From the IMG/VR virus record IMGVR_UViG_3300031718_000141, positions 1-43,828 of that record: a stretch of 43,828 nucleotides of DNA; one strand, written 5' to 3'. The translations under genes were made by a program, and so were the position numbers. Under the pieces are notes generated by a model. The model saw nothing but the letters and a program-made list of their open reading frames with translations. It ran no database searches and had not been told where the DNA came from. Below are positions 14,603 to 23,186 of the stretch, piece by piece. How positions within the stretch are numbered: the stretch's first letter is position 1; every line of letters starts with the position of its first letter. The stretch is from a virus.

Positions 14603-15222
14603 TTGAAGGCTTCTACAAATACCGCGCCAAGCCAACGCTGGTGGAGAAAATCAACACCATCCGCATCGGCCAGTCCCGTCCCGATTTGTGCGGCACACCC
14701 ATCCTCGATGAAGGCTCCGTGCTATTTTCTTCTGCTGCCTCAGCGAATGACGAGCCAAGGTCCTGTTACAACTGCCCCTTTTTCAATTACGAGAAGTCTT
14801 GCAAGCTTCTCGACAAGGATTTGGAGATTCATAAGTTCACTTGGCCGAAAGAGCGTCGTGACGGAGCGAAACCGGTTGAATTTTGGCCGGTCTGCGGCTA
14901 CTGGATTCACGGCCAGCCAAACTACGGCCCGGAAGAACATTACGCGAATCTCGACCCGGAAGAAGCGGGACTAGGCTGGGTCAACGCGCCCGAGCCGGGG
15001 CTTTCTCTGTCGGGAACAAGCTGCGGCGGAGCGAATGGCGGCGACGATTGCGACCTGTGGATGATTGAAGGAGAAAAGGGCGACAAGCGCGCCGCTAAAT
15101 CCGGGTTCTGCCGGGTCATGCAGAAAACGACCGGGAATCTTGATTGTTGCGCGGCATGGGAAGACGACGATTGGCTGACCTGGCAGATGGTTGAGGAGCG
15201 CTTCCGTGAGTCCAAGCCCTGA
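14599..15222 (+). CDS. Cys-rich hypothetical protein, 207 aa
   Basis: ORF track. ATGA overlap. Confidence 0.7.
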   Translation: MIEGFYKYRAKPTLVEKINTIRIGQSRPDLCGTPILDEGSVLFSSAASANDEPRSCYNCPFFNYEKSCKLLDKDLEIHKFTWPKERRDGAKPVEFWPVCGYWIHGQPNYGPEEHYANLDPEEAGLGWVNAPEPGLSLSGTSCGGANGGDDCDLWMIEGEKGDKRAAKSGFCRVMQKTTGNLDCCAAWEDDDWLTWQMVEERFRESKP

Positions 15223-15226
15223 ACTA

Positions 15227-15406
15227 GTGAAGCAGGTGGCCGAGGAATACCGGCAGATTCTGAATGCGCCACCGATTGCCTACGGCCCCTCGATTCCCAC
15301 GTGTCACTTTTGCGGGAGTATCGTGAAAGAGCACGAGCGAGTATTAGTCGAAGTCGCCGGGCCGGACAAGACGGAGCGCTGGGCCGGGAGGTGCTGCCGT
15401 GGCTGA
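15227..15406 (+). CDS. hypothetical Cys-containing protein, 59 aa (GTG start; start uncertain)
   Basis: ORF 15191..15406 trimmed to the first start after the upstream stop. Confidence 0.5.
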   Translation: MKQVAEEYRQILNAPPIAYGPSIPTCHFCGSIVKEHERVLVEVAGPDKTERWAGRCCRG

Positions 15407-15432
15407 TATGCCCTTTGAATCGAGGTTCAAGT

Positions 15433-15726
15433 ATGGTCAGTTTGACGACGGTGTTGATGAGTTCGCTGATATGCTTTCTGGCCGGAAGCCTGCCGCTCGC
15501 GGCACTGCTCGCTCTCCAGTTGAAAATGCAGGCGGAGAGGGAGAGGGAGTGGACGAGAATTTTCTGCGTGAAGTCCTTAGAGATTCCGAGTCAAAGTATG
15601 GACGCTAATCCCGAACCGGTAGAAATGAAGGTCAAAAAGCCCGATACGCGCAAACGGCTTTCCTTTCCTCTGCCGGTTTCCGATTACGCCCGAGACGTAT
15701 ATCGCGCTGTGAAGAAAAGCTCTTAA
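15433..15726 (+). CDS. membrane-anchored hypothetical protein, 97 aa
   Basis: ORF 15301..15726 trimmed to ATG 15433 (GAGG SD 7 nt upstream). One TM helix. Ends directly before the portal start. Confidence 0.5.
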   Translation: MVSLTTVLMSSLICFLAGSLPLAALLALQLKMQAEREREWTRIFCVKSLEIPSQSMDANPEPVEMKVKKPDTRKRLSFPLPVSDYARDVYRAVKKSS

Positions 15727-18294
15727 TTGGCAGACGTTCCTCGTGGTGGACTGGCGGCGGGTTCTGGTTCGGACAGCATCGGAACCGGCGTCCCCAGCAA
15801 CGGAGCCACGACAAAGAAGGCTGGTGGCCCGCTACAATCGCTTATCTCGGGCATCGGCGGAAACATCAAGGACTTGTTCGGCAACCGCGACAAGCCCATC
15901 CACTCGGATACCGAAAAGCCGAAACCCCGCGACATCCAACCGCAGTACAAGTTTGACGAAAAGATAGACAAAAGGCTTCTGGGCCTGGCCGATTATTACT
16001 ACCGCGAAGGCTCGTTCGAGAAAATCCAATTTGCCCGTAAGTGGATGCGCAACGCCTTGATTTATCAGGGCTATCACGAACTCGAATGGAGCGAAATCAA
16101 CGTTGCTTGGGATATCATCCTGCAAGACTCCGGGGATTATGCTTTCCCGAATAATTATTACCGCTCGCTTATCCGGCAGGGAATCCGTGCCTATGTCCAG
16201 AATGAACCGCTCATGGAGCCGGTGCCGTCGAACGACGATGCCGAAGCGCAAGCCGCAGCCAAGGCCGCGCGAACCGCGCTCGAAATCATCAAAAAAGTCG
16301 TCAAGTACGACCAAATCCGGGTAGAAGAGGCGCTCAATCTTCGCCTGTTTGGCAATTCTTTTCGCTTCAATTACTTCTCGAAAGACCCGAGGCACGGTTA
16401 TGTCACAACGCCTGTGTATCAGGATGCGGACGTTCTGCTCTCCCCCGGCTCAAGCATGTGCGACCAGTGCGGACCTCTGGAAGGAAATTTCAGCCAGTGT
16501 CCCGGCTGTCAAGCCCCTATATCTAAAACTAACCCACCAGTCGTCTCCCGGCTCCCTTTCGTTGCAGGGAGTGTGCGTTATCCTAAAGGAGAAATCGTCA
16601 CCGAAGTCGTCAACCCGCTCGAAATCTATCTGAGGAGTTCCGCCTATGACCTCTTCCACGCGCCATTCCTGGTCAGAAACCGCGTGGTTGACCGGCTCGC
16701 GCTGCAATCGGCTTACCGCGACATCGCGCTTGCGCCGCGCGGAGATGAAGGCGGAGGCGAAGCCTACTCCACGGGCGGTGACCTGGGACTCATTTATCTT
16801 CAATCTCTGGCTGACCTGCCGGGAGACCCGGCCCAATATGCGGCTTGGTATGAGCGAGCTACGGCTGCTGCCAAAGCGCTACTTATTGAAGTTTGGCTGA
16901 GGCCCAGCATCTACTTTTTCGACAAGGAACTGCTCAGAAGGTTTCCCGATGGCCTTTACATTGGGAAAACCGGAGATGTTTTGCTTGAAGCGAGGAATGA
17001 AGCGATTGACGACCACTGGACGCAATACGTTTTCAACAAGGTTCCCGGAAGAATATGGGGAGATGGCGACGACGACCTGATTCCTCCGCAGTTGAAACTG
17101 GACGAAGTGGACCGGCTTTTCCAAAGGAATCAGGGTTACAACTCGGCACCGCTTCTCGTCATCGATAGCCAGCGCATCGACAAAAACGACATCATCAACG
17201 ACCCATCCACCATCATCGAATGCAAATCCGGTGGAAAGCCTATTCGGGATTCCTTCGCGGAAATCGACTCAAAACCGCTTTCTCCTGAGTCAATAAACTG
17301 GCGCAACATGCAGCTTCAGGACATGCAGTTCCACGCCCAGGTCAGTCCAGCCGCGATGGGCCAGCACGAAACAGGAACCAATACCTTTGGAGGACAGGAG
17401 TCTGCCGCCGCCAAGAGCGACAACGCCCTTCTCCCGAATCTGATGCTCTGGAAAGTGGCGGATGAGACGTGGGCCATGCAGGCGCTCAAAATTGTGGCTT
17501 CCAACTGGCTCGACCCGCGCGTAAAAGCAGTCAACGGCATTAATGGCCGGTGGGAGTTCCAGAAACTGCGCGGCGCGGCGCTCGACATGGACAAATTCAC
17601 CATTGAAACACGTATTTTACCTATCGACCCAGCGGAGCAGGAATCCTTCTCGCAAGCTGTAGCAGCGGGTGTTTTGAATCCACAAGACCCGCGCGTGGTG
17701 AGAAAGGCTCTAGACCTGTGGCACCTCGATTCCGAGCTTGACACCAGTTACGAAGACACCAAGAAACAATGGAAAGAAATCGAGCAGATGAAGCAGTCCG
17801 TCGCGCAATCGAACCCACAGGACTGGGCGAAGGCGCTAATGATGCGGCAAATGGGCCAGATGGTCAGCCAGAAAACCGGACAGCCTCCTCCCAATGTTCC
17901 TTTGCCCGGCCAGATTCAGCCGGTGCTTATCCGTGACAACGACATGGCGCATATTCAGGTTTGCAGGACGTGGATGAACTCAGACGAGGCCGACGACAGC
18001 CCGCAACTGATGCAGCTTGTTCTGGAACACGCCCAGTTGCACATGATGAACGCCGCGAAAAGTCAGATGATGATGGCCGCGATTCAATCTGCCGGTTCGG
18101 ACGCTCCCGGCGCACAACCACAAGCGGGCGGAGCGACGCAACCGGCGGGAACGGATAAAAAGCAGGAACATGGCGGACAGGTTCCTAAGAATCCAGTGAA
18201 GCGCCAGCAAAGAGCGGAAAAAGGTCAGGCCGCGAAGCCCAATAAACCCCAGCCAAGTTCCGGGAACCAGCACCACGTCAAGCGGTTGACATAA
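15727..18294 (+). CDS. portal protein (by position and size), 855 aa, TTG start
   Basis: Largest head gene, between terminase and scaffold/capsid. The coding-like N-terminus has no ATG for about 105 codons. Confidence 0.6.
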   Translation: MADVPRGGLAAGSGSDSIGTGVPSNGATTKKAGGPLQSLISGIGGNIKDLFGNRDKPIHSDTEKPKPRDIQPQYKFDEKIDKRLLGLADYYYREGSFEKIQFARKWMRNALIYQGYHELEWSEINVAWDIILQDSGDYAFPNNYYRSLIRQGIRAYVQNEPLMEPVPSNDDAEAQAAAKAARTALEIIKKVVKYDQIRVEEALNLRLFGNSFRFNYFSKDPRHGYVTTPVYQDADVLLSPGSSMCDQCGPLEGNFSQCPGCQAPISKTNPPVVSRLPFVAGSVRYPKGEIVTEVVNPLEIYLRSSAYDLFHAPFLVRNRVVDRLALQSAYRDIALAPRGDEGGGEAYSTGGDLGLIYLQSLADLPGDPAQYAAWYERATAAAKALLIEVWLRPSIYFFDKELLRRFPDGLYIGKTGDVLLEARNEAIDDHWTQYVFNKVPGRIWGDGDDDLIPPQLKLDEVDRLFQRNQGYNSAPLLVIDSQRIDKNDIINDPSTIIECKSGGKPIRDSFAEIDSKPLSPESINWRNMQLQDMQFHAQVSPAAMGQHETGTNTFGGQESAAAKSDNALLPNLMLWKVADETWAMQALKIVASNWLDPRVKAVNGINGRWEFQKLRGAALDMDKFTIETRILPIDPAEQESFSQAVAAGVLNPQDPRVVRKALDLWHLDSELDTSYEDTKKQWKEIEQMKQSVAQSNPQDWAKALMMRQMGQMVSQKTGQPPPNVPLPGQIQPVLIRDNDMAHIQVCRTWMNSDEADDSPQLMQLVLEHAQLHMMNAAKSQMMMAAIQSAGSDAPGAQPQAGGATQPAGTDKKQEHGGQVPKNPVKRQQRAEKGQAAKPNKPQPSSGNQHHVKRLT

Positions 18295-18348
18295 TGGAAT
18301 ACAGGAAAAACTTGACAACGGGTATAGAATGCTTTTGATGGAGGTTGC

Positions 18349-19206
18349 ATGTCCGAGGAAGCAACGCTCAGAGATGTAACGGCACCGCCGAATCCTGTGG
18401 AGTCTGCTGCGCCACCGGAACTAGCGGCACCTGCCAAGGACGCTCCTGTCGTGGTCTCCGACCCGGCGGAAGCGGATGCTCTTGAGATTGGAAGGATTCT
18501 TCTCAATAGCGGCTACAACAAATCGCAAATCAACACGCTGCTCGAAGCGCCCAACGCCTTGCAGTCGATTCGCAATTTGATTGAAACCGACCCGAAGCAG
18601 TTCACCAAACAACTTGCCTTGTCCAACCCCGCTGCCGCGAACAAACTTCGTGACGCGATTGCGGAGGAATATGTCGAACTCTTTGCGGACAAAGGCAAGG
18701 GAAAAGAAGCAGACGGAAAGTCCCAAGACTCCGAATTGATGCAGCAGGTACGTTCGCTCACCGAGCGGATTACCGGATTCGAGACGCAGGAACAAAGACG
18801 CCAGCAGGCCAGCGCCTTAGCCGCAACCGAGGCGCGCTATAAGGCCCGCATGGATGATTTCTTTGGGCAGGACGGCATCAAGAAGCTGGGCATGACCAGG
18901 ATGGACGAAAAAGGTATCCGGGCTTTGGTCAACAGCGAACTTGCCGCCGACCCGACCGCAGTCCAGCGCATCTCAAACGGTAATTTCGTGGATGTGGCCC
19001 CCGTATTCAAGCGCGTCATCGAAGATTGGGCAACCGACAAGAAATCCGCCGCCGAGGCGGAAAAGAGACAGCGCGATAACGTGCAGTCTGGCGCATCGTA
19101 CACCTTCCCTGGAGGCCCTCAGAATATCGAGGTGCCTGCGGCCATCAGCGAAAGCTGGGACGCTACCGAGGAAGGCTTCGCCAAGGCCCTGCAAAACGCG
19201 CGCTAG
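18349..19206 (+). CDS. scaffolding protein (by position), 285 aa
   Basis: Helical, charged protein between portal and capsid. GGAGG SD. TAG stop. Confidence 0.5.
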   Translation: MSEEATLRDVTAPPNPVESAAPPELAAPAKDAPVVVSDPAEADALEIGRILLNSGYNKSQINTLLEAPNALQSIRNLIETDPKQFTKQLALSNPAAANKLRDAIAEEYVELFADKGKGKEADGKSQDSELMQQVRSLTERITGFETQEQRRQQASALAATEARYKARMDDFFGQDGIKKLGMTRMDEKGIRALVNSELAADPTAVQRISNGNFVDVAPVFKRVIEDWATDKKSAAEAEKRQRDNVQSGASYTFPGGPQNIEVPAAISESWDATEEGFAKALQNAR

Positions 19207-19242
19207 CCAAGTAGGGTAACCATATAGCAGTATTCAACCTGT

Positions 19243-19259
19243 CAGCGGCAGCCCCGCTG
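19243..19259 (+). promoter_or_regulatory. hairpin CAGCGG-cagcc-CCGCTG abutting the capsid ATG
   Basis: 6-bp GC-rich stem. Its 3' arm ends 1 nt before ATG 19260. No SD in this interval. Confidence 0.4.
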
Positions 19260-20504
19260 ATGAAGATTTTCTTCAACCCGCGCATTTCAAAGCAATTCAA
19301 CTCCGCCGCTGTGCTCTGGAACCGTTACGCCGACGGCAAGGGCATCCCCATCTCGAATCGCGGCATGGAAATCCCGACGCACCTGAACCCCAACGCGAAC
19401 TTCGATTGGTTCTCGGATGGCGGCACTCTCCCAACGGGAGGTTCCGAAGGTCTGGCGTCGGCGCTGGTTTCGTTTTTCTCCTTTGTTGAAGCGGTGCAGT
19501 TGACCGGCGCGGCGCTCGATGCGGCTGGCAACGATGCGGTGACTTATGCCCGTGCGCTGGCGTTCAACATCAAGATGGCGACCATCAACGCCATCAAGTA
19601 CCTGAACATCTACGCTTTCCTCGACGGCACCGGTTCTCTTGCCACGCTGGGCACGGCGGTGCTTACCTCAACCACCGTCAACTCGACGCTCGTGGCTTCC
19701 GGGTCTATCGAAGGCACGCACTGGCTGCGGCCAGGCATGACCGTGGCTATCCATAACGGCAACTCTGCCACGGTGCGCGGAACAGGGACCATTGTTTCTC
19801 TGGCGGGCGCGATTGAAGACGCCACACAGACCAACTTCGTCATCGGCCCGACGAACGTAGCTTTCACGACCGCGAACGGAGACATTGTTACGGTCACGGC
19901 CACGGTAGGGGCTTCCGATTCCTACAACAACGTCATTTCCGGCCTCAAGTACATCATGGACAACGGGACGATTACCCCGGTGTTCCAGAACATCAACCGC
20001 TCGACGAACCCGCAATACAACGCCGGGTACATTTCGCTTGCCGGGTCTCCGGCGCTTGCCCGCGACCACCTGCGCCGCCTCTTGGCGACGGTCCAGATTC
20101 TACAGGGCCGCGTGTCGCCATCACTTGAACTCATCAGCCATCCGTCACAGCTTCACGCCTACATGGATATGGGCTGGACGCTCAAGCGCTTCAACGACGC
20201 CAACAAGAAGCTCGACCTGGGCTACACCGCTGTCGAGTGGGAAGGCTTCCCGTGGATTATCGACACGGATTGCCCGAAAGACCATATCTTCGGTGCGGAC
20301 CGCGACGTGCTGTTCAAAGTCGTGGCTCGGGAACTAAGCTTTGACGACCGGACCGGTTCGATTCTCCGCCAGGTGCCGTCCTCGACTGCAGGCCAGTACA
20401 CGGATGCGTTTGTGGCGTACCTAATTTTCCGCGGAAATTTGGGAACTTACGTTCCCAACGCTCATGTCAGAGAATTTGGGTTTTCTGTTCCAACGGGTTA
20501 CTAA
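19260..20504 (+). CDS. major capsid protein (HK97-fold expected; by position and size), 414 aa
   Basis: Follows the scaffold gene. Size and composition are typical. Confidence 0.6.
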   Translation: MKIFFNPRISKQFNSAAVLWNRYADGKGIPISNRGMEIPTHLNPNANFDWFSDGGTLPTGGSEGLASALVSFFSFVEAVQLTGAALDAAGNDAVTYARALAFNIKMATINAIKYLNIYAFLDGTGSLATLGTAVLTSTTVNSTLVASGSIEGTHWLRPGMTVAIHNGNSATVRGTGTIVSLAGAIEDATQTNFVIGPTNVAFTTANGDIVTVTATVGASDSYNNVISGLKYIMDNGTITPVFQNINRSTNPQYNAGYISLAGSPALARDHLRRLLATVQILQGRVSPSLELISHPSQLHAYMDMGWTLKRFNDANKKLDLGYTAVEWEGFPWIIDTDCPKDHIFGADRDVLFKVVARELSFDDRTGSILRQVPSSTAGQYTDAFVAYLIFRGNLGTYVPNAHVREFGFSVPTGY

Positions 20505-20522
20505 TTGAAGTAGAATCGCCCA

Positions 20523-20990
20523 ATGAAAACCTGCACACAATGCGGCAACAAGGTTCCTGCAACGACGGAGTTTTTCCATAAGGATTCTTCAAAATCCTGT
20601 GGCTTGGCTCCGTCTTGCAAAACTTGCAAAGTCGCAAAAACCATCGCGTGGGCGCGGCGTAATCCAGAGCGTGCGCGCGAAACGAATCGGCGTAATCGTG
20701 CTAAGCACGGACATACCTACGAACTCAGAAAACTCTACGGCATAGATTCTGAAATTTATCATGCCATGCTCAATACGCAAGGTGGCGTGTGTGCTATCTG
20801 CTCTGCTCCGCCCACCAAGAAGCGTCTCGCCGTGGATCACGACCACAAAACTGGAAAGAATCGCGGCCTCCTTTGCGCGATGTGCAACCACGCGCTAGAG
20901 CGCATGGAGTCCATTCCCGATTGGCACGAAAAAGCAATCGCCTATCTCGTGAAGTACGAAATCGCAAAACGCGAAAAGGAGTTCAAATGA
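20523..20990 (+). CDS. Endonuclease VII-type HNH nuclease with an N-terminal zinc finger, 155 aa
   Basis: CAICSAPPTKKRLAVDHDHKTGKNRGLLCAMCNHAL. Paralog of 14207..14602. Confidence 0.8.
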   Translation: MKTCTQCGNKVPATTEFFHKDSSKSCGLAPSCKTCKVAKTIAWARRNPERARETNRRNRAKHGHTYELRKLYGIDSEIYHAMLNTQGGVCAICSAPPTKKRLAVDHDHKTGKNRGLLCAMCNHALERMESIPDWHEKAIAYLVKYEIAKREKEFK

Positions 20991-21229
20991 AGCTGAATCC
21001 TGACATTTACGGTGGCGACCCGGTAGGCACCGCCGAATCCATTTCTGGCCGCATTCTTGGCATCCCTGACCCGACGCTCGACATTAACGGCGAGCGCGAC
21101 CCGCGCGCGGTAAGCGAGGGAAACATGGGCACTAAGGGTGGCGGGAAGAGCGACCAAGGCGAAAAATCCTCTGGCTCCGATTTGGGCGGTGGCGGCGCTG
21201 CCGACCAGAGCATGGATGGTGGCACCTAA
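20987..21229 (+). CDS. small acidic/Gly-rich protein, 80 aa (paralog of 21573..21887)
   Basis: ORF 20789..21229 trimmed to ATG 20987 (ATGA overlap). Confidence 0.55.
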   Translation: MKLNPDIYGGDPVGTAESISGRILGIPDPTLDINGERDPRAVSEGNMGTKGGGKSDQGEKSSGSDLGGGGAADQSMDGGT

Positions 21230-21570
21230 TGGCGCTGACCGTCACAAGACTTGCCGTCTATCGTGGCCAAGGACAGATGGACGAGTTTGTTTTTAAGCTC
21301 GTCACCGGAGCCGCCGACTACACGACTGGCGGCTATTCCATCACGCCAGCATTGCTCGGCATCAACGCTTTTGAGACGGACGGGCAGGGCACAGGGCTTC
21401 CGCCGGTAGCCGATTACTACAGCATTGACGGCGATGGTGTAGGTTCGGCCTTTGCTGGCATCAACCCCGCCAATGGCAACTTGCAGATGTACGTGACCAC
21501 CACGGGCGCGGAAGTCGCCAACAACGGCACTCCCGGCTGGACCGGTTTCATTCGCGTCTACGGACACTGA
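21229..21570 (+). CDS. hypothetical virion-module protein, 113 aa
   Basis: ORF track. TAATG overlap. Confidence 0.6.
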   Translation: MALTVTRLAVYRGQGQMDEFVFKLVTGAADYTTGGYSITPALLGINAFETDGQGTGLPPVADYYSIDGDGVGSAFAGINPANGNLQMYVTTTGAEVANNGTPGWTGFIRVYGH

Positions 21571-21572
21571 CA

Positions 21573-21887
21573 ATGGCGCGCAATCAGAATATCTACGGCG
21601 CTGACGACACGTCGATGGCGGAAAGCATCGCCTCGGACGCGCTCGGCAGCACTAAGGGAACCGAAGACATCTGGGGCACGGCGATGGACGCACGCGCGGA
21701 GTCCTACGACGGCACCAAAGACCCGCAGCCGGGCGATACGGAAATCATCACTAAGCTGAAGGCTGGGTCTGGAGACGACGGCAACATGGACTCCGACTTT
21801 AGCCGTAACTCTCCACGGCATAGGAAAGTGGCCATCAAGGGCGACGAATCAACCTTCACGCCGCCAGACAGGTTCTCAGGAAAATAA
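21573..21887 (+). CDS. small acidic protein, 104 aa (paralog of 20987..21229)
   Basis: Shared N-terminus N-x-(D/N)-IYG-x-D....AESI....LG. Confidence 0.6.
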   Translation: MARNQNIYGADDTSMAESIASDALGSTKGTEDIWGTAMDARAESYDGTKDPQPGDTEIITKLKAGSGDDGNMDSDFSRNSPRHRKVAIKGDESTFTPPDRFSGK

Positions 21888-22325
21888 ATGGCTTCCGCCA
21901 TAAAAAATCAGCCATCGGCTGCGAATGCCACAGTCGTAACAAGCCTCGTCACCAAACTGACGCGCGGGTTTCCAGCCAAGCTCGGGTCCGTAACGGCTTC
22001 TGGCGATGTGGTAGCCTTCGCTTTGCCGGAGCCTTCGCGGGACCATCAAGGTTTCCTGATTATTCAGGCGGTTGGTGGAACGACTCCAACGTTTGCTCTT
22101 GAAGTCAGTATCGATGGGGCGGCAACCTGGGCCGTCGTTCCGGTGGCGGCTGGGCCGGGAGCGGGAAGCATCACGCTTACCTTGACAGGACAACCTGGGG
22201 GAGATACGGCGGCTGCCTTCATGGCACAGTACAACGTATCTGGTTTTGGCGCTGGAGCGCAATTCCGTTTTGGCAGAACGGATGCCAATGGCGGCGCATC
22301 GGCAGTCTGGGCGCTCGTCGGATGA
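21888..22325 (+). CDS. hypothetical virion-module protein, 145 aa
   Basis: ORF track. Starts directly after a TAA stop. Confidence 0.6.
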   Translation: MASAIKNQPSAANATVVTSLVTKLTRGFPAKLGSVTASGDVVAFALPEPSRDHQGFLIIQAVGGTTPTFALEVSIDGAATWAVVPVAAGPGAGSITLTLTGQPGGDTAAAFMAQYNVSGFGAGAQFRFGRTDANGGASAVWALVG

Positions 22326-22582
22326 TTACCGGCTCAGAAGAGGGCTGGAAGGCGGCTTCCGACCCCAAAGACTCTCGGCACGCCGAGAAGCAGAAAGATA
22401 TAAAGAAACTTGTGGGTCGTTACGTCGAGAAGCAGAACGAGCACAAAGCGGCTATTGAGAAGAACATGGAAGAGGATTACTTCGACGCTGCTCTGACGGT
22501 AGCAAAGAAAATGCAGGGCGACACGCAGATTGGTTTTTCGCATATCCCACAGGAAAAATGGGATGCGATGTGGAGAGACTGA
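22322..22582 (+). CDS. hypothetical protein, 86 aa
   Basis: ORF track. ATGA overlap. Confidence 0.6.
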   Translation: MITGSEEGWKAASDPKDSRHAEKQKDIKKLVGRYVEKQNEHKAAIEKNMEEDYFDAALTVAKKMQGDTQIGFSHIPQEKWDAMWRD

Positions 22583-23178
22583 TGGCTTATTTCATCTATT
22601 CGAGCGAGACGCTGCCCAATCCGAAACTGATGGGAAAGCCCGGCTACACTCCCGACGCGGAGAGAATCGCTCACGCGGGATTCAGCATCGGCCAGCTCGA
22701 CGCCGGGAAATGGACGGCGCTTCCGAACTATATCAAGACCTTGCATCACCGGGACTGGCTCGATAAACGCGGCACAGAAGGCCGCGTGTACATGGACGAC
22801 GTAGCCAAGGCCATCAAGTCGAAGTTTGAAGGCCGGGGCGTGATGATTCTCGACCATGAGCCAACCGATGAGGAAAAGAAAGAAGTCGAGCGGCGCTCGC
22901 AGGAATTGAACCTGGCTTGGCGGATGCAGTGCGTCGAGTGGTACGAGAACCAGGTGCGCGAGAAAGAAGTCACCGGCAAGGGCCGTACTTCTCCGACGCC
23001 TTACGAAGACGAATGCTACACCATTTTGAAACTGACCAAGCCTTATTCCGTCGAGGCCATGCGCGCGCAGCGGCATCCCGGAGAGGCGGTTGGCGAGCAG
23101 ATGGTAGCGGCGCTTGAACGGCTGCTTGAACGCAAAGAGAAGGAAAAGACGGCAGAGAAGCCAGCGAAGGTCATCTGA
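22582..23178 (+). CDS. hypothetical protein, 198 aa
   Basis: ORF 22558..23178 trimmed to ATG 22582 (TGATG overlap). Confidence 0.65.
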   Translation: MAYFIYSSETLPNPKLMGKPGYTPDAERIAHAGFSIGQLDAGKWTALPNYIKTLHHRDWLDKRGTEGRVYMDDVAKAIKSKFEGRGVMILDHEPTDEEKKEVERRSQELNLAWRMQCVEWYENQVREKEVTGKGRTSPTPYEDECYTILKLTKPYSVEAMRAQRHPGEAVGEQMVAALERLLERKEKEKTAEKPAKVI

Positions 23179-23186
23179 GGGTATGA

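Noticed and set aside
15399-15608. 69-aa ORF, considered as the real gene upstream of the portal.
   Set aside because: The overlapping frame 15433..15726 has a better SD, better third-position bias and exact abutment to the portal start. It is retained as an open question in the findings.
18286-18330. TTGACA (twice) and TATAGAAT upstream of the scaffold gene, considered as a promoter.
   Set aside because: The spacing from either TTGACA to the -10-like box is 7 or 33 nt, not 16-18. It is kept only as a weak possibility. The scaffold gene has a normal GGAGG SD.
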